64,000 nucleotides of DNA from Antedon mediterranea. Taxonomy: Eukaryota > Animalia > Echinodermata. Below the pieces are notes generated by a model that was not told the origin of the DNA, searched no databases, and saw only the letters and a program-made list of their open reading frames with translations. How positions within the stretch are numbered: position 1 is the stretch's first letter; the number at the start of each line of letters is the position of its first letter. This document shows, one piece after another, positions 11,999 through 23,900 of the stretch. The position numbers were made by a program, and so were the translations under genes. The DNA is taken from contig NC_092671.1 of assembly GCF_964355755.1 (NCBI RefSeq), forward strand, positions 7,688,001-7,752,000. Direction: 5' to 3'.

Positions 11999-14900
11999 CT
12001 AAAAAAGAAAAAAAAGATTATTCCTTGTTCATTATTTGTGTAAACATGATTATTAAGACCAGATCAGCACACATCAAGGAGATGATCCCCTACACGTTTG
12101 AAAATACATTGGAACCCTTAATAGGGAAGATTGAACTCCTGAATAGGAGTTGGCCTATTGTTAAAAAATATATCACCTTTTTTTGTTTTACAGAAAATTG
12201 TCTCACTATTTTAAAGCTCTGTCTACACTATCGAACTAGTTTCGTCATTGTGTCCATATATGAGCACATCACCTGTTTTTGTCACATAAAGTTTGATAGT
12301 ATAGATAGAGCTTTATTCCAAAGGAGTGGTGGTACTGTAGTTTCCTTTTTTTTTACAAGGAACCAAAGACTAATTAGAGGAACTAGGTGATGTGGGTATG
12401 ACAAACAGAACTGACAGGTCTTGAATAGGTTGTCCCTTCAATACCATTGTGCTAACAAACATTGTACTCACCAAGTGCAATATATTAGAATTAGCATAAT
12501 AATGATTATTAGAAGAGCACCTCCAGCAGTAGGGTACATCCAAACTGGAATAGAATCTAAAAAAAAAATTGAATTTGTAATGTTCTTTGTACTATACTAC
12601 AAACAGATATCAGACTTGATCTCCCATGGTGTGATCAAATATGTAGTTTGTACATAAAAATAAAGTTGATAGAATATGTTACAAACCAAAAATGCCTTTC
12701 TGATCGTCTGGTTCTGTTTGGTTTTTGACATTCTCGGCTACTTTTCCAGAGCCTGGTTTCTCGGTTATCAATTCATCAGGACTTGCACATCGCAATATGT
12801 CCCCAGATGTAGTACTGTACAAAAAAATACAAAACTTACAAGAAAATGTAACAAAAGATTTTAAGGAAGATAACATCAGTACCTGTAGTCTATTAAAACA
12901 TCCGTGGTGATAGGAAAATAGAGTATTTCAACCTTTTTCAAATGATTATTATACATTCTCAGCATAAAACATGATTAATAAAGAAATACACAACAGTATA
13001 TTGTATACATTTTACCTGCAAGAACTTTTATTATTTGTATTCATATTAAAATTACATTTTAAATCAAATAGACAATAATTATATTACCTGTAGGAGGGCT
13101 TTAGTCCTGTTTTACACTGACATTTGCCATTTTGTGCACAGTATGAGTTCTGCACAGTACAGGGCGGTCCACATTGTCTCATCTCTTCAGGTTTTTTATT
13201 TTCTAAACAACCACCTTAAAAAAATAATTAATTAATAATTAGTATTAATCAACTATTAATCATTTTTCTAGTTGAATAAATATTTTATTTTTTTTAAAAA
13301 ACAGAATACTAAGAATGCTTTTTTTGACTATCAATATTTAATATATTCAAATTACCTGTGACATTAACCCCATCTGACCTTTGACACCAAACTTGTCTGT
13401 CTCCTTCATACCATGTACCAGTTTGCCACGTAAATGTATAGCATGTATCACCTGCAATGACAGAACAAAATTAATCAATGCTCTTATTTTCACTCTAAAT
13501 TCATTAATATCGCTACCATCTCTTGGCTTTTAGAGATAAAATATTGATCACGAAATTTAAAATAGTGGGACACAGCTGAGCCATTGACTGCTTTTTATTC
13601 TTGAAAAGTAAGTGTAAAGTTTGCAATATTACCTTGACATGGTCTTGCATCTACTTCATCTGCTTGGCAATTTTTCATCACTGAGATCGAGGCTCGTGAC
13701 CGTGATTGAATACCAGCTGAACCTAGAAAATAATTAAATAATTTGAAATGTAAATCTATCATACATATAACAAAGCATTATTATATTTTGATTCATTCTC
13801 TATTATTTACCTGATGGTTTGCCATTGATACACATGATGAAACATGGACTCCACTTGCTCCATTCTGTCAACTGACACTCGCCAGGGCATGGTACAGTGC
13901 ATGCCTGCTCTCTCTAAATAAAACACAATATATATTTATAATTGTTTATAAACTGAACATAAAAACAGTGTACAAATAATACATATGTTAATACCTGTAA
14001 AGATAGGCTCAAAATGTTAATCTATAAAGTTATAAATTATTTAATTGTCAAAGATATGGCAGTGCCCAATTGACATATTAAATAGCAATGCTTTTTTAAC
14101 TCCCCGTCGTAAACAAATATGATCAAAGCATTTGGACTAAAATGTTCAAATTATCTGGATCTGTTGACTTATTCAACAGAAGCTATTAGAAAAACTACAT
14201 AGTATGTTGCAGTAAAGTAAGTAGAGTGCAGTAAGTAAAATTTACCTGAAACGTTTCAAAACCTATTGCTGTAATATTAATATTATTCTTGAAATATCGC
14301 TCTGTAACACACTTATTGTCTTTCACCACAGCCCCATTATGCTCCTGGGTACATCTTACTTGCCTCTTTCTTGAACCTTGACCACAATAGCCATTCTGAT
14401 AGAAAATACAATCAGTATATTAAATTCATCACATTCAGCATGTTTCTACTTTTCTGGATCATAAAATGACTTAGTGAAATCAGTATACCTCTGCCTGGCA
14501 ATAGCCCCATTCATCCACTACAAGCTTATAGCAAGGCTTAACAGGACATGGTTTTTGCTGGAAGCGTTGTGTAGGACAAGCCTGTCCTATTTCATTTGGT
14601 TCCTGCAGCTTCTGCCTGCTTCGGCTCATTATGCCTGTAATAGAGAGAAAAAATGCAGAGTTGTTTTAAAACAAGTGGATATGTATATACCGATTTCATG
14701 ATATACAGAACATACCATACCATAATCTAGTAATGGTGAGATTAAAACATATTTCACTCAAAGGTGGCCTTAAAATGGCCTATTGGCATACCTTGTAATC
14801 CACATGTCTGGGAGCAGGATGTCCACTCGGACCACTCTGACAGAATGCAGTCAACTGGACACGTAACAGTACAGTTTTTGACTAAGTCAGTTGGTTGTTG

Positions 14901-17900
14901 TAAGTTGTACTGTACAAAAACAAAGTAGAATATTATTAATTTGGAAAAGAATGTGTGATAAGTGTAGAAATCAATGTATTAAAAAAAACACAAACAAATT
15001 TTGGTGTAAAATATTTAAAAGTGAAAACACAGTGATCTTTACCTTTTGACAAACTGACCATGGTACCGACACACCCAAATTGCTAATGCAGTCTAAGCTG
15101 CGGGATTGCTTTCCCTGCCCACAGATTGATTTTGGATGCAGTTCACAGGCCCCAAAATCTGATTGTATCCAGTTGTATCGTTCGCATTCACAAGCTGCAG
15201 TTTCCATTGAGTCTGATGGCGTTCTACCGGTTGAAGGGTAGCGCAACACTGCACGTTCACGTGTCCTTAAATTACCAGGCTTACATTCCTGAAGAATACA
15301 ATACATACAAGTGAAATCACACAATACTAAGTTTAAAGAAAAATACCCAGCCTAATGCGCTAAAGGGTGTAAGTAAATGTGCCAATACTCTGGTAATACA
15401 ATAGACCCATCACAGCCATGCAATTAAAAAAGCATAGTGAAATACAGAGATGGCCTATTGTCACTCACTGATTAATCCATCATGTGGTATAAAAGCCTAA
15501 ACCAACCTTTTGAGAACCTAATATCTATTTAAGAGTAGTACAAGTAAGATTTGCAGAACTACACGGTAAACTGGACACGTGCAAATCTTTCAAAAATACT
15601 ATAGACAAGTCTATAATGTATTTACATACCATTGGGCATTCTGTCCACTCAGACCATTCTCCTACAATTAGCTCATCAGAGCATGCTATACGACATTGTC
15701 TATAGGAACTTGGTGGTACTCCGCTACACAAATTGTCATACGTGGGTATTGTATCAGCAATAGGAGTAGCTTTTGAGTAACACCTGTAAGTATAATACTT
15801 GGTGAATAAATGCCATTTTCACTATACACCGTCATCAGCAAGCAATAATAGGTACTTTTTACACGAGTATAGCATGGTTTTAGCAGTTTTGGGCGCCAAT
15901 TAGTTTACAGAACAGCGGTTTCTAATTAAAGTGCATGTAGCCTCAAATTGAGAGGTTAAGTACCATTTAAAACAAGTAACTTTATCATACCTAACATTTC
16001 TATACTGCGTTCCTGAACCACAGTTACCATTGCCCTCAAATGTTTGTAAAGAACAATCGGCCCACGGACCAGCTTTCCAGAAGAATTGATCTGGAGATGT
16101 GTAACATGAAACTTCTTCTATAATCTAGAAAATAACAAAAGATAATCAAACATATAATTAAATACAAATCATAAACAATAACTACAATTAAATACTTTGA
16201 TTTAAGTGGTTTTTACATGACCAATAGCATTATAGGGTATTAAATTATATATCAGAAAACCAGGTTAATTATTACAAAGGCTTTGATTAGCTTTATACAC
16301 TTTATCACCATTACCAATTATGTATAATTTAGTTATAAAAATGTATCTATTCTATCTATGTTATAACCTGATTTTCATTATGTGGAGGGCATGGCCGTCC
16401 TCCATTCTTGTCTGGCTTGACCACATGACGAGTTCTAGTCTTAATACCAGCCCCTACTGTTTTACTACAGGAGCTCCAAGGTGTCCACTGGCTAAGTTCA
16501 CAATTCACTGGACAAGGAAGGCTACAGTTCATTGTTTCAAAATCTGGAGAAATAAGTATAAACAGTGAAACTGTTAATGAAACCATATGCTTATAATAGT
16601 ATTTAACTAGCATGTTAAAGCTTGTTCCCACTAGCGAAGCAACGTAATGCAACCTAAGAAACGTAAGAAAATGCCCTTCCGAAAATTGTGTTTACCGCCG
16701 TCTGCATGAAATTAAACCTGCAACGTTTACAACACTGTTGCATCGTCGGTTCCCACTTGTGATTACACAATACAGTACTTTGATTCAATATGTCGCTGCA
16801 TTGCTTTACGTCGCTAGTGGAAACCACGCTTTATGTCGCTGCATTGCTTTACGTCGCTAGTGGAAACCACGCTTTATGTCGCTGCATTGCTTTACGTCGC
16901 TAGTGGAAACCACGTTTTATGTCGCTGCATTGCTTTACGTCGCTAGTGGGAACCACACTTTATGTCGCTGCATTGCTTTACGTCGCTAGTGGAAACCACG
17001 CTTTATGTCGCTGCATTGCTTTGCGTCGCTAGTGGAAACCACGCTTTATGTCGCTGCATTGCTTTACGTCGCTAGTGGAAACCACGCTTTATGTCGCTGC
17101 ATTGCTTTACGTCGCTAGTGGAAACCACGCTTTATGTCGCTGCTGCATTGCTTTGCGTCGCTAGTGGGAACCACGCTTTATGTCGCTGCATTGCTTTACG
17201 TCGCTAGTGGAAACCACGCTTTATGTCGCTGCATTGCTTTACGTCGCTAGTGGAAACCACGCTTTATGTCGCTGCATTGCTTTGCGTCGCTAGTGGAAAC
17301 CACGCTTTATGTTGCTGCATTGCTTTGCGTCGCTAGTGGAAACCACGCTTTATGTCGCTGCATTGCTTTGCGTCGCTAGTGGAAACCACGCTTTATGTCG
17401 CTGCTGCATTGCTTTGCGTCGCTAGTGGAAACCACGCTTTATGTCGCTGCATTGCTTTACGTCGCTAGTGGAAACCACGCTTTATGTCGCTGCATTGCTT
17501 TACGTCGCTAGTGGAAACCACGCTTTATGTCGCTGCTGCATTGCTTTACGTCGCTAGTGGAAACCACGCTTTATGTCGCTGCATTGCTTTACGTCGCTAG
17601 TGGGAACCACGCTTTATGTCGCTGCATTGCTTTACGTCGCTAGTGGGAACCACGCTTTATGTCGCTGCATTGCTTTACGTCGCTAGTGGAAACCACGCTT
17701 TATGTCGCTGCTGCATTGCTTTACATTGCTAGTGGAAACCACGCTTTATGTCGCTGCATTGCTTTACGTCGCTAGTGGGAACCACGCTTTATGTCGCTGC
17801 ATTGCTTTACGTCGCTAGTGGGAACCACGCTTTATGTCGCTGCATTGCTTTACGTCGCTAGTGGAAACCACGCTTTATGTCGCTGCTGCATTGCTTTGCG

Positions 17901-20900
17901 TCGCTAGTGGAAACCACGCTTTATGTCGCTGCATTGCTTTACGTCGCTAGTGGAAACCACGCTTTATGTCGCTGCTGCATTGCTTTACGTCGCTAGTGGG
18001 AACCACGCTTTATGTCGCTGCATTGCTTTACGTCGCTAGTGGAAACCACGCTTTATGTCGCTGCATTGCTTTACGTCGCTAGTGGAAACCACGCTTTATG
18101 TCGCTGCATTGCTTTACGTCGCTAGTGGAAACCACGCTTTATGTTGCTGCTGCATTGCTTTGCGGCGCTAGTGGGAACCACGCTTTATGTCGCTGCATTG
18201 CTTTACGTCGCTAGTGGAAACCACACTTTATGTCGCTGCATTGCTTTACGTCGCTAGTGGAAACCACGCTTTATGTCACTGCATTGCTTTACGTCGCTAG
18301 TGGAAACCACGCTTTATGTCGCTGCATTGCTTTACGTCGCTAGTGGGAACCACGCTTTATGTCGCTGCTGCATTGCTTTACGTCGCTAGTGGGAACCACG
18401 CTTTATGTCGCTGCATTGCTTTACGTCGCTAGTGGGAACCACGCTTTACACAAAGACATACTTATTTTCATCTCTACTACTCACCTTCTTCTAAATCACA
18501 TCTTCCAATCGGAGACATTTGTCCTTGTTGATTCTGACAGACGCCGCTATGTCGCTGCTGCATTGCTTTACGTCGCTAGTGGAAACCACGCTTTATGTCG
18601 CTGCATTGCTTTACGTCGCTAGTGGGAACCACGCTTTATGTCGCTGCATTGCTTTACGTCGCTAGTGGGAACCACGCTTTATGTCGCTGCATTGCTTTAC
18701 GTCGCTAGTGGAAACCACGCTTTATGTCGCTGCTGCATTGCTTTACATTGCTAGTGGAAACCACGCTTTATGTCGCTGCATTGCTTTACGTCGCTAGTGG
18801 GAACCACGCTTTATGTCGCTGCATTGCTTTACGTCGCTAGTGGGAACCACGCTTTATGTCGCTGCATTGCTTTACGTCGCTAGTGGAAACCACGCTTTAT
18901 GTCGCTGCTGCATTGCTTTGCGTCGCTAGTGGAAACCACGCTTTATGTCGCTGCATTGCTTTACGTCGCTAGTGGAAACCACGCTTTATGTCGCTGCTGC
19001 ATTGCTTTACGTCGCTAGTGGGAACCACGCTTTATGTCGCTGCATTGCTTTACGTCGCTAGTGGAAACCACGCTTTATGTCGCTGCATTGCTTTACGTCG
19101 CTAGTGGAAACCACGCTTTATGTCGCTGCATTGCTTTACGTCGCTAGTGGAAACCACGCTTTATGTTGCTGCTGCATTGCTTTGCGGCGCTAGTGGGAAC
19201 CACGCTTTATGTCGCTGCATTGCTTTACGTCGCTAGTGGAAACCACACTTTATGTCGCTGCATTGCTTTACGTCGCTAGTGGAAACCACGCTTTATGTCA
19301 CTGCATTGCTTTACGTCGCTAGTGGAAACCACGCTTTATGTCGCTGCATTGCTTTACGTCGCTAGTGGGAACCACGCTTTATGTCGCTGCTGCATTGCTT
19401 TACGTCGCTAGTGGGAACCACGCTTTATGTCGCTGCATTGCTTTACGTCGCTAGTGGGAACCACGCTTTACACAAAGACATACTTATTTTCATCTCTACT
19501 ACTCACCTTCTTCTAAATCACATCTTCCAATCGGAGACATTTGTCCTTGTTGATTCTGACAGACGCGTGCTCTGTATTTTAGTCCGATGATCATACCATC
19601 TACCTTACATGAGCCTTGGATTGTAGACTGTAAACCTAGCAGGCATTGCGACCAGTTACCAAACGATACTGATGAAAACGTATCACATTCACAAGGTCGC
19701 ATGTCTCTTGTCGGAAACAATGACCTGTCCTTGCAACGTACATTCACTTTCTTGTTTCCTAGATAAAAACGAAAACAAATAAATACAATATATATAAAAA
19801 GCTACACTTTGAAACTAGTTTGACAAAAATAACGTGATGTGCCCAAATATGGTAGTGATATGATGTCGTGTCCATATATTGGCACATTACATTTTTTTGT
19901 AAAATTGCAGACAGACCTTAACACACAATTTATTTCATTTAAAATCTAAAATTCTATATTCATCTTCATTTTTTCCTGCTAAAGTGGTAAAATCCAGAAA
20001 TAAGTATATAGTTACAATTCTAATTGAATATTCAGAAACAGAAACGTAATACGTATTTGGTTTGACCATGTTGTATATATCAAAACACCACAAACATTTT
20101 GCACATCTGAACAAGGGTTCATCTGAATGTTATAACCTTTCAGTTATGGCAGTGTTCCAATGAAATACAAACAAACTTGTTAAGAAGATTAGAAAGAAAG
20201 GAAAATAGAAAAGCTAAAAACCTTTGAGCTTTCTGGACCTGGTTTGGATGCCTTTGCAATCGTTGGTACAGTCACCCCATTCGGCCCAATTGGTCAATAA
20301 ACACTCATTATCGCACATTTCATCACATGGCTTAGATTGAACAGGCATTTCTGATGAATACTTGAGACAAAAATTAATATCTGTTGCTTCTTGGCCCTTT
20401 AAGCATACAACATCTAGGAAATTCAAAGAAACAAAGAACATTGGTTTTTAGAGGATTTATGATGCATTTAGGTAACACTCAAATATTAGTTAGAGTTGTC
20501 CATTGGCATGTCTTTAGACAGCACAGCACATTTACTCCTAAATAATTTTCTCGTTGAGTTTGATATATATGACACCCATTGAGGATGTCTGTAAACAAAA
20601 TTATCTTTCACCCTCTAAGATCTGCTGACAGTATCATAGTATCCAATAAAGTCTTTCATTCGCTTTTTTCTCTAAAAACATACCTTTTTCTGATTCTTTC
20701 TTTTCATTCTCTTTCAAATAGTTTTACTGTCATTTCTTTACTCTCTTTTTGAGTGTATTTTACATTTAGTAGTTAGTAACTGTTAGATTGTTAATAACAT
20801 ATTTTGCTGTCTTTCTCTGAATTAAATGAAACAGTGAACTACCTCTTGTTTGTAGTCCAGGACCACATGTTTTTCTTGATGGTAGCTTACAATCTCCATC

Positions 20901-23900
20901 CCAGACACCATATGTCCATTTATATTCATTGCAGTGCTCTGGTACTTCACACAGGCGCCGATCATACAGGTTATTTGGACAGGTCTTGCCATTGTTCTTA
21001 GATTCTTGTAAAATATAACGACGACGGTGTCGTGTTGGGCTGTCGTGGCATGTATCTGGGCATGCATTAAATTCACTGTAGGCTGATACATGACAGTCTT
21101 GAGTACAAGGAATAGTACATTGTTGAGTGGTATCAGGCTTTTTAAAGTCACCGCACCTGAAATTATTGATATTTATTTTCTGAATCATTGAATTTATGAT
21201 TACATAATAAATCCTAGCCCTTCAATATATTTTAAGATGTTTACCAATTTCAAATTACTAATCCAAGAGATTATTATTGAAATATGTCTGTTTTAAATTT
21301 TTATGATGTGGTATACTGAATTTATATCTATATTTTACAACAATATTACGGGTATGTATCACATTATTTCGCATCATGTTTCGTGTTCGTTGAATGATGA
21401 GAATATTTCATGAGTTTAAAGATTGACTGCTATTTTTAATGAGGTGGAGCCAAGTGAAGTCAACTCATGAAATATACTCTTCATTTAATGCAAAACATGA
21501 TGCGAAATATTGCATGTGATACCTGAAATAATAACCAATCAAAGAGAAAGAATACAATCAGGTGTTTATAAAAGATAATTAATAAACTCTCTCAAAAATG
21601 GGTTGGCTTGCTTAGAATGATTTTAATAGACATTAAATTAAGGATATCTTAGCAAAGGATTTTTCTGTAATGTATAATTTAAAATTTTTTCGTGAAATTT
21701 TTATTTTTGGTTCTGATCTTCTTTCAAATTGTGAAAATGCTTTATTGTTTTATTATGTACAATTTCTTGTTAATTCTGGAAGATTTGATTGATGTTTCTG
21801 TTTTTTTTAAAATGTTGTATTTGTTAATCTGAGGCGCAATGAAGCTAAGGTGGTTCCACCTTGTAAGGCGCTTCTGTGTAATATACTGAATAAAAAAAAA
21901 TTAAAAAATTAAGTACTAATAAAGCACTCTTACCGATCTTCAGAAGCGGTTTTGTTTCTTTCTAGCCTGCTACACTCAACCTTCCTCCTTTGAATGCCCA
22001 CTTGGCAAACTCCCTCAGCCAGTTCAACGGGTCTGCTTGCGGCATCAGCAGCCTTACATGAACCCCAGGAGTATGTGACCCACTGAAAGAAGAGACAAGG
22101 TTCAAGACCGCACGGCTTAGACTGCTGGAGTTCTCTGCGATTTGGACATTGAGAGCCATTCTCTATATATTTGATCAAAATCAATTAGTTAATGTTATTT
22201 GTCAAAAGAAAAAATCATACAGCAATAAGATAATTTTGTATTTATATCTTAATTTTACTACTTACTTTATACAAACTGACCTACAATCTTCAAAAGATAA
22301 AGACTTGACACTATTATTCTAACAATCTACTGTACCTACAGCCACCGTCGCAGGTCCTGGGGAGGACGGGGCGACATATCCACACCCCCCACATATTTTT
22401 AGTGAGGGATTGTCTAGAATATACCAGTGGCGCATCAGGACCTGTGCCTAAAAAGTGCCTAACCCAAAATAATTGTATTCTTCTGGGCGGAATTTTTATG
22501 TGCTCAGAAATCAATTGAAACGACCTATAAATTACTCAAAGAGCCGAGCCTCAGGGGGCTACGTCCCATGGAACCTGACTGGGGGCCCTAAGCAGCTCCC
22601 TGGCCCCAAGCCTAAGGTTGCTCGCTTCGCTTGCTCACTATTAAAAACGGACCTTTGCCGTTGCCTACAGCCCAATACTACCAATCCATTACATATGGAT
22701 AGCATCTACCTACAGCCCAATACTACCAATCCATTAAATACGGGTGGCATCTACCTACAGCCCAATAATACGCCAATTGGCGTACAATACATACAACTAC
22801 TATATAAACACCATATAAAAAGTAAAAACTCACCTGACGGAGCAGCAACAATGGACCGATTACGAAACATTGAGCCTGTACGGTTATTCTTGCCGATACA
22901 TGTTTTGGAGCATTCTGACCAATTTGACCACTCTCCGAGGACACAGTCTCCAGGGCAGGGGAGCCAACATCCTAATGATGTCTGTGGTTTGTAAGAACCA
23001 CAAGCACTATCACTTACTGTGTTCTAGAAGAAAAATTTTATTTATTATTATATACAAAGAATATTTTTATCAAAAAATGAACAATCCATGATTTGCCCTG
23101 TAACACTAATGGTTTCACTAAAGCTCTGTTTACATTGGGAAGTAAATAACTATTTGCGGCAATGACAAATAATGTACATTATTACAAACTATATTCAATG
23201 AAAGTTTAACAATTGCAGATTGCTAATTCTTATACACTATAGACATGCTATATAGTCTTTTTGGCTGTGTTTCCACATCCATACCAAATATTATCGCATT
23301 TATATAATATTTATCTGATTGGAATGAGGTAATTATCTCGAGTGGAATCGGTTAAGGCTTCTTTCCACAAAAACTTTATCAGGTCATTTTTGACTGCACA
23401 AACACGGCTATGATAAACTATAAGCGAAAACAATTACAAATGCATTACGAATATTGTCAAAGTGTAACAAAAGTGCATACTAATAAAATAACCCTCATAA
23501 AGAATTTACATTCAAATGAGCTTATATAAAACAAAAATTGATTTTCAATAAAGATAATTTAAGAGTATATAAATTTTGTGATGAAATAAATTATAACACT
23601 CATAAATATAACAACATAATCAATTAATCTTTCAATCGTGACTTGAAATTAAATGAAAAAATTGCATTTTTGTTATCTACCTATCAAAATATGCTATTAA
23701 CAGTATGTATAATAAAAAATATCTTGCTGTACCATAATCATCGATATTTGTTTTCAATATTTGAAAAAATATAATTTAGGCTACCGTAATAATTACAAAA
23801 TTTATTTAGTATCATTACAATTTGAGCAAAGGCAGTCTTAAAAAATTCATTATAAAATTATTTCCAATATTGATTTGTTTTCAGTATTATAAAATGATAC

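Noticed and set aside
16789-19470. CRISPR-like array
   Set aside because: Units are contiguous with no unique spacers, there are no cas genes, and the context is a eukaryotic intron; the one unique insert is a local duplication of the flank.
18359-19590. Two near-identical + strand ORFs (MSLLHCFTSLVG...)
   Set aside because: Chance frames through the satellite and antisense exon, duplicated by the 1022-bp repeat.
22473-22994. 173-aa + strand ORF
   Set aside because: Runs through a GC-rich repeat fragment, a 45-bp minisatellite and the antisense of exon 7.
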